NCBI RefSeq assembly: GCF_035594765.1 | Contig: NW_026943821.1 | Location: forward strand, 17,639,608 to 17,703,607 | DNA: 64,000 nt | Direction of reading: 5' to 3' | DNA from: Anolis carolinensis | Lineage: Eukaryota | Shown: in pieces, positions 22,401 through 37,700 of the stretch | Position numbering within the stretch: position 1 is the first letter of the stretch | Layout of the letters: each line of letters starts with the position of its first letter | Notes under the pieces: generated by a model | Database searches by the model: none | What the model saw: the letters and a program-made list of their open reading frames with translations, nothing else | Told to the model about the DNA's origin: nothing | Position numbers and translations under genes: made by a program

Positions 22401-25400
22401 TACAGAGGGCCATGGTGAAAGACTTATCCACATTTGTGTACTGTGCTGAAAATGTCAACAGTATGTTGTTGATTGTAGAGAATCATAATAATTTCTGTGA
22501 TTTTGATATGAAATCTGTGCAGATTGATTACAGTTATTATATGTATACCCTACCTTCCTCTCTCAAATGGGACTCAAAGCATCTAGTATACTGAATATTT
22601 TTAGATAAATGCACTTGTTTGTGACAGAGATTGTAACATGGAAGTGATCTGGAGATGTGTCATTGATAACTGTGGACTTAATGCACTGAAGTCAGGCAAG
22701 AGGCTTCTGAGATAGGTTACCAGTGGTACCTAAACTGTGACACATCAGTTCAGATATGTTCACTGCACAGTTTTGGCCTAGCTCTCTAGGACATTGATAA
22801 AACACTGGACCAAAGATAGAGCTCTGTGGCACTCCACTGGTCACTTCTCTCCAGAAGCTTCATCTATCAAGCCTATAATGAGAGGGGGAGAGAGATGGAA
22901 AGAGAGAAGCTTAGTCTGGCATGGCTGTTTTTGAGAAACCCATGTTGACTCCTTCATGATCTATTCAAACGTCTTCTGGTATTGGTAATAGGCTGACGGG
23001 GTGGTAATTGTTTGCACCCCCCCCCCCTTTTTTTTTTTTGAAGATGGAGACATTTGCCCTTCAAAGATAGTAGAATTATAGAATAATAGAGTTGGAAGAG
23101 ACTACATTGACCATCTAGTACCATGCCTAAGTTTTAGTATTCATGGTATTGTTTTTATTAATATGTAGTTTTCTTACATTAGATTTGTAATAAGACTTCC
23201 AGATTTTGTTTATTCCAGAATCTTTGCCTTCAAACAAGGTCCTTTCCTCTTCTTTGTATTGGAAAATTTTTGAGTTCATCTTACCTTTGTCATTATTTAG
23301 TCATTCCCCTTCCTTTTATCCCAGTATATGATATAGATGTAAATTTTATAGTTGACAACAGGAAAAGTGGGACAAAAAGTTAAAACAACAAATCAGGATA
23401 ATATTCATTCAGATTTGTGTTTTTCATCCATATCTGTTACAAGATGTGGTACTAACTGTTTGGTATCTAACATAAGTAGTAAATCACTTTCACATTTTCC
23501 TGCTTGCAAAGTATATTTGTAGATATGAAGGAAGGTCTTTCTGTTGTATGCTGTGTTATTTGATAATAATGGGAGTATATAAAAATACATATTGAGAACA
23601 TAAAGAGTCTTGTAGCACCTTAAAAATGAATGCATTCACTGTTACTCACTTTTTACAGAAAAATGTATGAAGTATTATCTGGTGCACACCTAAATCTGTC
23701 TCTCAAAATAAATATAACTTTGAAAATGGAAGAACTTTATTAAAAAGTACAGTACAGGAGCTATTTCTATCAGGACTGAGGCTTGATATAGGCACACACA
23801 CTATATAGATTTAATATTCAAACATTTCCCCTATTAGATATTAATTGGCTCACAAGAATCTCTCTGTTATACTTTTTGAAGACTTTCCGTAATTGCCTAA
23901 TAAACTACCCAAACACCAGTCCACATGAGAGAGGCCTTGAATCCTAGTGCTTCACCCTCCCAGCTCCACTTCCTTATCTCCCAGGTGCTTGGTACTAATA
24001 AATGCCAGTTCCCACTACAATATGCAGCTGCCGCCTCTTAATTCCCACCAGCTAATGTGTTGTGAGTTATACACAATATAATGGAACAGTTTCTAGTAAT
24101 TACATCTGAAACAGAAGGGATGGCATTATCAAGGTTTAGTAGTCAAAGACGACACACTTTTTAAACAAGGGCGGATTCTAGGCATATTTTTCCTGACATA
24201 TTTTTCAGTCTCCCTCTGGGAGTGGAGGATAGAAGTTGTAAGCAGTGGGCATGTTAGATCTGACCAAGGGTTTGTTTAGTCCACCACTCTGTCCCCATAC
24301 TGTTACATAGTATGTTACATCTGGCAGGCCTGCCAGCAGCATGAGACTGTATCTCTGTCCCAAACTATACAGGATGTGATGTACAGAGGCGCACTGACAT
24401 CCTTTTAAGAATCTGTTCATTCTCACATTAAAGCGATGTAAATTAGCAGACGCGATTATATCTCCTTTCAGTGAGTTCCATAGTTTGAACTTTGTGCATT
24501 TTTTTTTGTCCTGGATCTCTGTCTTTAGCAGATGGTCCCAGGTTCTGTTATGGGAGAAAGAAATAACATTATCTTGCTTTTCCCACAATGTGCAACATTT
24601 CTATACTTCTCATGCTTTTTATTCTTTTCTCCAAAATTAACAGCCTCACATATTGTAACCATTCCTCATAAGGGCCTAGTCCTTTCAGTCATTGTAATTT
24701 TTTCCTTTCCTCATCCTTTTCTGTCTAATGTATCCCTTCTTACATGTGGACATCAGAACTGTACACAGCATTCTAGAACTTCCATATCTTTGTGGATCTA
24801 TATAATCGCAATATGAATTTTATTTTAGTTCCTTTTCTGATTCTGATTCTCCAATATAAAATTTGCTTTTTGACAGCAGATCAGCATTTTCACTGACATA
24901 TTAATGACACCTCAAAGATCCTTGGCGACCATTCACTGCCAGCTCAGACCCCATTAGTATACATGTGAAGTTGGGATTTTTCATGCCAGTATGTATTGCT
25001 TTTGTTACTTACAGCTTTTTTCCTGTAGCTTTTTCAGAGTGCTAGATGATGCTTAGACCAGTTTAAATCCACTCATCAAATAATCTTACATAGTTTCTTG
25101 GTATGAGTCTCTGGGTGCCTGTGGAGTTTACTTCAAAAGATTCCTGAGTAATACTGTATGCTTTATAATATAAGAACTAACATTGAAAAGTCAAAGTAGT
25201 GTCTGTTCTTTTTAATAGCCTTTTTTTAAAGGACTGGTTACATGGCTACCATATTCTGCCATTCTGTGCAGTAAATGCAGCCTTGCTTCAGTAATGGTTA
25301 ACATGATGTGGTGTAACCTCATGGAGATAGCAGATCTTATTTCCTTTTTAGATTCTGTGAAAAGAAAGTCTCTCTCTCCCCCCCCCCCCCCCCCCCGGTC

Positions 25401-28400
25401 ATGTGAATCAGTTGAGAGATGGATAACTCACAAATAAAATAGACAAGAATTTAGTGCAAATCGTACCAGCTTTTCCGGGAAGTATTATTGGAAGCTGGTG
25501 TGAACATGGGGCACACTCTCTGAACATTAATGTTTCCTGTCCGTATGTTTATAGGCATAATGTTTCCTCTACTGGTACAGTCAAGGGCAGCTGAAATTTG
25601 GTGAAGATTGGACTGATAGCTCAATAGTACAGAAATTGTATTGATAGTAGAGAAAGATTTGTGAGGTCGTTGATTTCTTTGATTAAAGGCAGCCATGGGG
25701 TCATAGTGGAAGGAGATTTTGATTAGGAGCCACGTGTGTATCACTCTTACTTCTACTGTTTCCTTAACTTGACAGGTCTACAAGCTGCTATTAGCAACAG
25801 GAAGAGAAAGAAGTTGGTGGTATAATTGCCTTTGTGGAGTCTAAGCACTGAATTTTAACAGAAAAAATCAGGAGACTTGATAATAGATCATTTGCATCAC
25901 ATGTAGTTAGTTTCATTCTACCTTGACTATGACACAGAAGCCCTTTCATGAATTTTGTTCTCAAGAGTCTGTTAATAAGAGGAACTAATATTAGCAGCTT
26001 TCATTTTGGAGGAGATCACAATATGCAGAGTGACAACCTCCCATTTCTTTTCTGTAAAACTTAATTTCCTCAGCATGCAATTATAACATTGTTTATATAG
26101 TCGAGTTTTGTTTGTTGGTTTGTTTGTTGAACTTATGAATTTCCCCTTCATTTCCTTTTTTTAGATATTGCTACAATATGCTGGCAACCGGGGTGCTTCT
26201 GAGCACATTTTGCCTTTCCTGGAAGTTTATCAAGTCGCCATTCAAAGCTTTGCCAGTGCCCGACCTTACCTAACTACAGAATGTGAAGATGTTCTTCTGG
26301 TACTTGGTAGGCTAGTGCTGTAAGTATGACTTGAGGAATTCAGTTTTAATGAGCAATTAAATGTGTCCTTTAGGAGAGCTTTAAAGATTGTTATCTCTAC
26401 CTGTGTCTGAAAGTCATGGTGTAGTGGTTTGAATGTTGGACTAGGATTCTGGAGGTCATGGTTCAAATCCCCACTTAGCCATAGAAACTCTGAGCAAGTG
26501 GCACTGTCTCAACCTCTGAGAAAGACAAGGGCACCCTCCCTAACACATTTTCCCAAGAAAACACTGTTGCAGAAGATATCAGCACAGAAATTGAGGCCCA
26601 AGTTGTCAAGACCTGGACATTTGGCATTTAGGTTTTTTGCTTCCTTTAGCTTGCAACAAACAGATGGGAGTGTGGTAAGTTGGAGGATGCATAGCCTGTG
26701 AGTGTGTTTCCAACTTTTCCATGACAAGAAGTTTGGAAATCCCCTTAAGGGACAACTAGCAAATTTACCTACTTTGCCTTGATTAATATTCATGTTTTGT
26801 CTCCCGCCCCCATACCATTTAATTTTTACATAAAACCACTGGGAAAGATCATCCAGAGTTTTGGGGTGCCATGCCATCTAAATGCAGATGACATCCAGCT
26901 CTACTACTTCTTTCTATCTAAGCCAAGAAAGTTATCCTGGCCCTAAAGCAGTGTCTATAATCAATAATGGACTGGATGAGGGCAAACAAATTGAAACTTC
27001 TTCCAACCAAGACAGAGGTGCTCCTGGTCAGTCAGAAGGCAGATGACAGAATATGGATCCAGCCTGTGCTGGGTGGAGTTACACTCCCCCCAAAGATTTG
27101 GGTGATCTGCCAGACTTGGCATTGAACCTGGAGGCCCATGTTTCAGTTAAGACTGGGCTCCTCCTTGTTGTCCTTCCAGTGGCAAACTAAAACTTCTTTT
27201 TTCAGGCAGACTTTTAAAGAATTTTTTTTAAAGAGCAAGACACAGGAGTGCTGTAGGGTAAAAAGGTATCTTTACCTAATTTTGTGTGATTTTGATTGAT
27301 TTCTATGTTTAGAAATTTTAATATTTGTATATGGTGTATTTTAAATTGCATTTTTATCTTGTGAGCTGCTTTACATCTCAATCAAGAGATCAAAATGGGT
27401 CATAATAACAATAATGTCTCTTAACGATTTTATTTTTGTGACTATTTCAGGAGTTGTTTTGAACTACTACTTTCTGTGCCTGAAAGTGAAGAGCAGTCAG
27501 AACCTTTGCTAAGGTTGTTTCAGTCCATACAGGCAAGTATATTTCATTTCTGTTTTGCTGAGGCATTTGTTTAGAAGTTACGTCTTTTCATATTGTCATT
27601 AAAGAGATTCATTTTTTGTGCATGGAATCAAGCGTAAAGATCTGGCATAGTAAGGCTTTGAGAAATGATGAAATGAATATGGAGATAGAAATGGAATTGG
27701 AAGAAACGTTGGAAGATACATTGCTATTATAGCCTTCCTTTCTTATTCCAGACTGATGTGAGATTAAATTTATTCTATAGTTCACTTTATACAAATTCAG
27801 ATTGCCGATGCAGCAGGGATCCCAATGGTCAGTTACAGCGTTTTAAAACATACTTTTTTTCTTTAATTCAACATAGGATTCACATAATGCTCTACTTGAA
27901 TTTGGAGATAATAGTGTTGAAGCCCTGGCTGATATCTGCAAGGAAGGTATTTGGAAGAATCCAGTTCTTTTAAAGATTATATCACAGCAGCCAGTAGAAG
28001 CAGAAGAAGGTAAGAAGTTGTGACTACAGCTCAAATGTTCTGGTGTGAGTTTTGCTTGTTATTTTTCAGGGGGCCTATTATTATAGAACCGTGATCTTCT
28101 GCTGGTAGTAGCATTGCGATTATTTTACTTGGTAATGATAAAAATAACAATGAAATGGGATGAGAGTTCTTCTTGGGAATCTGAAATCTGTCTGCCTTCC
28201 ATACCCATTTTCTCTTTCCTCCATGCTTTTGATTGTTTACTTTAAGCATGACTTTTAAAAGATTTGAAAGGTGTTATAGTTCATTGATATAATTTAAAAT
28301 CGAATTCATTTCATCAGTAAAAGTTTTTGTGTTGATTTCATCAGCTTGAAACATTGGTCCTGAGGTTTATTTACAAATGCTAGAATAATAGACCAAATAG

Positions 28401-28741
28401 ACAGGTATTTAGATGGCAGCCACTGGTCCATCTTACCAAATTCTTGTAATAAATATGCCTTCCCCAGTATTATAATGGCACTTTATAGCCATTACTGCTG
28501 AGTAACCTCCTTCCCTTGATGATATGATTGATTTGCACTCTTAGCACTTTGGCCTAGATTCTTTGAACCTAATCCATGATTTTAACATTTTATCTTGTAT
28601 GTGGTTTTTATGATTTGCTTTTATGGTTTGATTATTGGTTTCATTGGTTTTTTGTCTTGTTTTTATTGTTCTGTTCGGGCTTGGCCCCATGTAAGCCACC
28701 CCGAGTCCCTTCGGGGAGATGGGGCGGGGTATAAGAATAAA

Positions 28742-28789
<48 letters not shown>

Positions 28790-31700
28790 AATATATGTGC
28801 AATAACATGTTGTCACTTTTTCCTAGTCAACAAGCTGATCAAACGAGAAGGACCCACCTTTCTGCAAATGCGAATAAAGCATTTAATGAAGACTAACTGC
28901 CTTCTTCAAGCTGCTTCCTTGGCTAAACTGTGTAAAGACTCCACGGAAATTTCAGATACATCACCTTTTCTCCAAGCCTATATCACATGCTTGTGTTCCA
29001 TGCATCCAAATGAAGAGTCCTTTAAAGAGGTGAGTAGGCAGTCACTGTAGTGTGTTTTCTAGCAAAACTGAGTACATTGTAACTATTAAGTGAGACTGGC
29101 TAAATACCTAAATGTGACAGGCAGGACCTATATTTGATTTCTCACTTTAGGATGTCTAGGGGGTCTAATAATTTCTATCCTTTAATGACGGGTACAAAAT
29201 TGATTGCTATAGAAGTACAATAGTAGACAGTGGTTTTTATCTTACTCTGATTTAAACAGTAGTCCTTCCATTTGCCTTTCTCAATTTTAGCAAAACATGA
29301 AGGTATTTGTGAATAGTTTTCATCTTAGAGCAGTAAATTTTTGCGGAAATGACAGTTCATTATGGCTGTGAATTTCTTGGTTTTCAGCAGTCCTCACCTA
29401 TAGCTTCTTGGCTCATCCTGTGTTAGATCTTCTGGTAGTGAGAACATGAATGCTTCCATGTGAGTTTATAATTGACTCACACTGATCAGAAAGCTTTTTA
29501 GTGATTGCGTAGCATGGAAATAATGGCAAATTGCATTGCTTCAAAGCCTGCAAACGTCTTGCTTGTAGTGTAATGGAAAGAAGACATAAATGCTAGAAAG
29601 GCAATTTTTTGCTTAAATAAATATTACTGTTTTATGTATGATGATAATCTTGAAATCTGGATTTCTTCCCTGTGTTGAATGATAGCTTGGAGGGTAAATG
29701 TGCAAGTTGTTATTGCTTATGACCTCAGATTATTTGGTAGGGTAGTGCTTATTAAATTTGGTGGGTGCCATTCTTATTTATATGGATTGGTGTGGGCAAT
29801 TACAGTGAATTTGGGAGTTAATTTCCTGCCCCGAAAGCTATAAAAGCAAAACCAGAAATTCAAATCTAGTTTAGAGAAAACAGATTTGTTAAATGTTAAA
29901 ACAATGCATTGAGGCCTTGTAGTCTTTTCAAAAGGGGAAATCAACATTCCTGGAAGATTTCAGGAGGAGTAATTCACACAGTGTTTTTTGGGTTGGGGCA
30001 GAAACAAGGTCATCCTTTGAATCTGGAGGAGCCAAGAACAACAAATACAGTCTTGAGAGGATACAGGGATTGCCAAGGCCACTCTTTGCCTATCACTGTT
30101 ATTGATTAAAAGAGTCCGTTTTGTTGTGCTTATAGTATAGACAGTGGCTTATGAGTGCTTTTTTCTGCACACATTAGGTATCAACACACTCCTTCTGAAC
30201 TAAGGTATAGTTTTTCTCTAAAGTAGAAATAGGCTCTTGTTAAGACACTGATTGCTCAGAAAGGAAGATATGTACAATTTAATTCTGTTTCTTTTTTTTT
30301 AAGATTGCAAAAGTGGACTGCAAAGAGGTTCTCGATATGATATGTAATCTAGAAGCTGAGAGCCAAGAGAGTACTGCATTTATTCTTTGCACAACGTATC
30401 TCACTCAGCAGCTTCAAACTGGAAACGTATACTGCTCTTGGTAAGTAGGGGATCCAAATATATTTTCACATTAGTAGTTTCACTGTTCTCTGTCTGTTTA
30501 ATGATCAGCTCTTGAATTTTTCCTGGTATTGATGTGATGTCAGCCTGACTGGGTGATATAGCTGAGATCAGATATCTTTCTCAGCATACATGTTACTGGG
30601 TTCATTTATGTTGTTCAGTATTCTACAATTCAGGAATCTTACAAAATGTCTGTTTTCTGCCTCAGAATTGGGCACATTGGCTGAACTGTAAAATGTTGTA
30701 TATCTCCTTTTGGCTAATTATCCAATTATCCTAAACATACACACTCCTTCTCCTCTCTCTAGGGAACTGACTTTGTGTTGGAGCAAATTGCAAAGAAGAA
30801 TTGACCCATCTTTAGACTCCTTTCTGGAGCGATGTCGGCAATTTGGCATTATTGCAAGAACATTGCAGCACTTATTCTTTCTTATAAGAGTTATACAAGC
30901 TGAGGTATGTGCCTGTTTGTGATATGCTGACTGATGTTGCATAATCTCTGGATGAAAAAAAGTGTCACAGGTGTAACCTTGTTGTTTTCTGAAAATATGC
31001 AAATAGAATAACTTGGTGATGCATTTTGCTTTGATCATGAGGCAGACCTCATTGGCTGAAGGCTGGACATAAAACAAATTGTGCCACTCTTTGGAAGGTT
31101 GGCCTTCATAAACTTTTGCTGCAGATCAGAGTATATCTTTTGTCTGTGTCTCTTATTTTTAGCTTTATGAACAGCTGAGTTCCCTCTGCTTTGTGCCTGC
31201 TGTAGGTATGGAGTTCTTGTGTCTGGTTATTCCAGACTTCAATGACACTAGATCATATAAAATTCCTCCTGGGCTTTTACCCTTACTGCTGCATTTATGT
31301 TACCCCTTTTTTTTTTTTTGCACCATTGCTGATTTTTTTGCATTCACTTTTCTCTGAAAAGACGATGGAATTAAGTCAGTAGCAAAACTATTGAAACAGG
31401 GAATTGTAAAGAATAAATACACAAGGAAGGAAATATTTCTGTTGTCTTATAGTAGTGGGGACTGCAGAAATAGACATCTACCTTTATTCAGACTTTAACT
31501 TGTAGTCTCATTTAAACATTAATGTATTCTATGACAAGGATAGGAAAAGTATAACTTGTGGAAGGCTGTACTTCTGTTCCAATTTTATTTTGATCCTAAA
31601 ACTTGAGAAATGTACGTGGGTTTTGTGCCTGAAACCTCTCATTTACTTTGAGTCCCTATATTGGGATAAAGAGGAGATAAAAATAATGTAAATAATAATA

Positions 31701-34700
31701 AATACCTGTCACTCAACAACAGGGGACTTCCAGACAGGAAACAATCAGGGCTAGCTAACACCTCCCAACAAAGAATTCCCCCAGGCAGGAAGTGACCAAG
31801 CTTTGAAGCTGCAGGGCTATTCAGTGCTAATCAAGGTGGCCAATTGCAACATCAGTCTTTCTTCGGGTGGTATCTGATTAAATCTACTGTCTCTATGTTG
31901 ACTCTATTTGTTCAAATCAGAGAGGGATGTACAAAGCCGAGTAGATTATTAAGATCAAGTAGTGAAACACTTCTATTGATTCAGCTTAGGGACAACCATC
32001 ATTTAAAATTGGCGAGAGATGGCATATTCTCAGGCGTGGCAGCAAAACTTTGAAATGCTTTGCCGAAAGCTATAAGAGCAGCTCCCACCCACTTGGCCTT
32101 TAGGAAAAACTTGTAAACTTTCCTATGTGGAATAGCTTTTAACTGAGGTGACAAACGCCTAAGACCTGCACTTTTTAAATTATATTTTACCTTTCTGGGC
32201 ATTTTAGAATGCTTTAAACATTTTTGATAATGTTTATGTCCGACAAAAGGAGCCCCCGGTGGCACAGTGTGTTAAAGCGCTGAACTTGCAGACCAAAAGG
32301 TCAAGGGTTCAAATCCGGGGAGCGGAGTGAGCGCCCGCTGTTAGCTCCAGCTAATGCCAACCAAGCAGTTCAAAAACATGCAAATGTGAGTAGATCAATA
32401 GGTACCGCTCTGGCGGGAAGGTAACAGCTCTCCATGCAGTCATGCTGGCCACATGACCTTGGAGGTGTCTATGGACAACACGGGCTCTTCGGCTTAGAAA
32501 TGGAGATGAGCACCAACCCCCAGAGTCGGACACAACTGGACTTTAACATCAGGGGAAACCTTTACCTTTATATCTGACAAAGACTGATTTGGAATTATTT
32601 TAATGGGTTATTTACACTGATACGTTTTACCTATTGTTGTAAACCGCCTTGAGTCTTTGGAGAAAGGTGATATAGAAATGCCCAAATAAATAAATTTCCA
32701 AACCATATTCGGAGAGTTATACCAAAAAGGGATGTGCTAATGTTTAGCCCAAATTATTTGGCAAGATTTTAAAATATAAAATGTCATACGTACCTTTCAA
32801 AAACATATACTAGTTACTAGCGCGACAGTATATATCTGGGTATAAAAGAAACATTTGGCTGAAAGAACAATAGTATTGTTACGAGTATGCAGTTCCCTGT
32901 AATCAACTTAATGAAAGAGCAATCTGTCTTTCTGGGTATGTTATCTGGATAAGTGTTTTCAGATATTTTTCATATTGTGTGAACAAAATGGTTTCTAAGG
33001 TGAGAATTTACATTCATGTATGTTTTCTTCTCTCCCACCCCCTCCAATTTTTCTATTAGGCAGAAGAAGCAGGCCTGGCTGTATCTGTTTTGTTATGCGT
33101 AAGAGCCCTACAACTGAGATCAAATGAAAACGATGAAATGAAGACCTCCGTGTGCAAAACAATTGCATGCCTTCTGCCAGAGGATCTTGAAGTCAGAAGA
33201 GCATGCCAGCTCACTGAATACTTGCTTGACCCAAAGGAAGAAGGATACAATCTGCTTGAAGAGCTCTACCTGCTACCAGATCAAAAGTTTGATGAAGAAA
33301 ATGCACCTGTTCCAAACTCACTCCGTTGTGAGCTCTTGTTGGCTTTAAAAGCTTATTGGCCATTTGATCCAGAATTTTGGGACTGGAAGACACTGAGGCG
33401 CCATTGTCTCAAATTGTTAGGAAAACAAGTTTCTGAGTCAGAGGATGACCTGAGTTGTAATGAGATGTCATTCAACGAGACTGAACTGTTAGATAGTCTC
33501 CTAAGTGACTGTGAAGAAGGCAGAGAAGAAGGCAATTTTGAAGGCATGAATCAGCCAAAAATGAGAGTGAGGATCAAAAAGCCAATTGGTTCCTCAGAGA
33601 GATATCAGCGATGGCTTCAGTACAAGTTCTTCTGTCTCATTTGCAAAAGGGAGTGCATCGAGGCCAGAATACTTCACCATTCTAAGATGCACATGGAAGG
33701 TGGTATTTTCACATGCCCAGTGTGTATTAAAAAGTTCAAAAGTAAGGATATCTTTGTGCGTCATGTAATGGAGCATGTAAAAATGCCTCCTAGTAGAAAA
33801 TATCGTGCAAAGAAGAAGGTGCTGATAAAGAAAGAAAAATTGACACACAGTAGACTGTCAAGGTTTGCTTCTCCAGCACTTGAAGAAAATCAACCCTTGA
33901 AAATAATGCCGCGTGAAAACCCCAAGATAAATCCTCAAGACTATGTCACATTTAGCAAGCTAGAAGACTGCCACCTGGAAGACAGAGATGTATATCCATG
34001 TCCAGGCACAGACTGTTCCAGAGTTTTTAAGCAGTTCAAGTACTTAAGTGTTCATTTAAAAGCTGAACACCAAAACAATGATGAAAATGCAATGCATTAC
34101 TTGGACATGAAAAACCGGCGTGAGAAGTGTTCGTATTGCAGGCGACATTTCATGTCAGCAGTCCATCTGCAGGAACATGAGCAAGTGCACATGGGACCTC
34201 AGCCTTACATGTGTGTGTCTGTGGGTTGCTATGCTAGGTTTAACTCTGTGAATGAGTTGCTACATCACAAGCAGCAGCATGATGATCTGCGTTATAAATG
34301 TGAGCTCAGTGGCTGTAATATTGTTTTCAGTGACTTAGGACAACTCTACCACCATGAAGCCCAGCATTTTAGAGATGCATCATACACTTGTAATTTCCAT
34401 GGCTGTAAAAAGTTTTACTATTCCAAAAGTGAGTTTACAAATCACTTGTCGATGCATATTTCAAATGGTGAAATGAAGGAGATGCCGATTAAACATGAGG
34501 ATCATGTTTCCAGGGACAATCATGCCTGTCTTTCAGATTCTGCAGTGGTTGAACAAAAAGATGCTCCCCATCTCAGTGAAAGCCCTAGTTTGCCTCCTGG
34601 AGCTACAAATTCAGAAGGAATCCTGATGGTTAAGCAGGAGCCTTTGTCTGATGAAGAGATAGATGGCAAAAGTAATGGTAGTGTGGGAAGCAATATCGTA

Positions 34701-37700
34701 TCCTTAGCTAATGAGAATGAGGTGGCCTTACTAACTGAAACAGTTGATTGTGGCCAGGCAGCTCCTAGTTCTGTATTACCTCATGAGAAGGTCTTCCACC
34801 CATCCAATTTAAAAGAACGGTATTCTAATGTGGCTGTCTACTTTGATGGGAAAAGGTTTACATGTGGCTTTGAAGGCTGTGGATCAATCTACAAAAATTC
34901 AAAGGTTATGCAGAAACACCTTCGAAGGGCTCATCCATACCATTTCAAACCTAAGAGGAAGCATAGCCTACAGGCTAAAGATACTGGCCAGTTCAATGAA
35001 AGCCTGCATAACAGCTCTGCTGGAGAAATTGGATCAGAGCTCCACAATCATTCAGATACAAATGCAGATTCTCCAGGCATTTTAGATTGTAGTACAAGCC
35101 CTAATAACAAATGCTATTTCAAAGATGAACCTTGGCCTTCTTCTCCAGAAACATCCCTTTGTGAATATGCTAAAGCACCAAGTACAGAGGATGCAATGTT
35201 GGAGCTTCTCTTGGGCTTAAAGCATTTAAGTTTAACGAATTCAAGTGGTCGATTTGGAAGTTCTTCCAGATTGCTGCAGTCGTACTCATCAAAGGGCTCC
35301 AACTCTGAAGATGAATCTACCTCAGACCATTTTCTTGAAGAGCAGCGGGGCAAGCTTCCAAATCAATACCTTACTCAGTTGGCAGCCAAGCCATTTTTCT
35401 GTGAGCATCAAGGTTGCAGTTGTGAATTTGTGACCAGAGAAGCGCTATTGACACATTATGTTAGAAAACATAATTATTCAAAAGAGATGGTGCTTCAGTT
35501 GAACATGTTTCAGTACCGCTATTCACCTTTTAAATGTCATATTTGCCAAAGATCATTTACAAGGAAAACACATCTTCGAGTTCATTATAGAAACAAGCAT
35601 AAACTTGGCAATAAGACAGCAACTCAAAAACTGTTTGGTAATGAAAGTTTTGAGGATGGTGATTGTGTGGAGGATATGCTGAACAGCAGTGCAGCTTCAA
35701 TGTCATCCTTTTACGCCAATACAGAGGAAGAGCTTGATGGCCAAAGTAAACTTACTGGCTCCAAGAAGGAGGAGCTCAGTTCTGAAACAGATCTGGAATC
35801 TAGTGAAGAAGCAGAGAGTTGTGTAAGCGAGAAACAGACTAAACTCTCCACATTGGAAAGCCACCGAAAAGGACTAGAAGCACGAGAGGGGAGGGGAAGT
35901 AAAAGAACGGTTGCCAAAGGAAATCTTTGTTACATTTTGCATAAATACCACAAGCCATTCCATTGTGTTCATAAAAATTGCAGTTCTGCATTTACTAATC
36001 AGAAAGGCTTGATTCGTCACTACAGAACTGTACATCAGTATAACAAAGAGCAACTCTGTTTGGAAAAGGACAAAGCGAGAACGAAGAGGGAACTTGCCAA
36101 ATGTAAAAAAATATTTGTTTGCAAAGATAAGACATGTAGCAAGAGGTTTCTGTGTCCTAAATCACTTGCTAAGCACTGCAGTGACTTTCATGCACTTGAT
36201 CATGGAGAAGATTCAAAAATGCTTTCTGAAACAGTTAGATTCCCCTGTCATCACCCACACTGTCCAGCTGCATTTTATTCCTTTCACAAATTAAAACATC
36301 ACCTGATGGAAGAACATTCTAAGGAAGAAGAAGTAAATAAAGAGATTGAAATCCATTGTGATCTCAATGGCTGTAACAGAGTTTTCACAACGTACAGCCG
36401 TTATTGTCAGCATGTTTATTTTCGACACGGTGATTACGACGGTGTCATGGGAGATGCCAAAGAGCAGACCTGCTTGAAAGACCGGTATCTGAGGCATGAT
36501 GTGAGTGAAAAAAGGAGACGAATCAGTGAGAAGGTTGAGAAGAACAATAATAAAAACAAAGGGAAGCAATTATATAATTTCAGAACAAGAGAAGAGGCCT
36601 TGCAGATGTGCAGAGACAACTACAACCAGACCCAGTATCCATGCATGATTCACGGCTGTCCTTCAGTAGTAAAACTGGAAAGCAGTATTGTAAGACATTA
36701 TAAGCGTACCCATCAGATGGCTAGTGTTTATATAGAACAGCAATATGAGGAGCTTGTACTTTGTGTTGAATGTGGTACTGTGATAAATGATCCTTGTTTA
36801 GAAGGGACTCAGAGTACAAATAAAGCAAATCATATCTCGAAACAGGATGAGACATTGCGCTCTGCATATCAGCATGGAAGGGAGGAGTGTCTTGGTCTGA
36901 ACTCTGATTTTGATCATGAAGATAAAGGCAGTAAAAATAGCAGATGTTCTGTGAGTGACAAGCCTCCTGAAGCTGGTGTCTTCTTGTGTACAGGCACTTT
37001 AAAACATACCCACAGTCCCAAATCTAGATGTTTTGAAGAACGTAATGCAGTTGAATCAGCTCAGCAGTGTAAAACAAACTTGGGGAAAATTCATGGAACA
37101 TGCCAGGATAGAGAGAGTGATGAAGAAGAGAATAACTCTTACTGCACGGGGTCAGCTACACAGTTTTCAAGGGAGAAAGATGCTAGTGATTGGCAACCAA
37201 ATACTAGTAAGCTTCCCGTTTCTGCTCCAAAAGACAAATTACAGAACCAGCCAGCACCTAAGCCCTTCGATCTGAAGTCCTTCAAACCGATGGGTTTTGA
37301 GTCTTCATTCTTGAAATTTCTTCAAGAAAGTGAGGCACGAGATGATGATGATGATGATGACGATGATGATGAGGAGGAGGATAAAGGCAATTCTGAGCAT
37401 GAATGGGAACAAACTAAACAACCTGAAAGAGGTGTCACGGCAGAAAAAGTTAAAGACATTAAAAGGGAATTGTCACAGAGCAGAGCCAAATGTGAAAATG
37501 TCTCAGCAGCTGTGTCCAAGAAGAGCAATGGCTCTAAAGCGCAAGGGCAGTTGAGAGGGGTACAGCCTCTCTTGTCAACGGACTCTCCTATCCCTTCTCT
37601 TGAAAATCTGAGGGCCATATTGGATAAGGCTCTAACAAACTGTGGGGACCATGCCTTAAAACAACTGCATTATTTGCGACCAGTAGTTGTTCTTGAAAGA

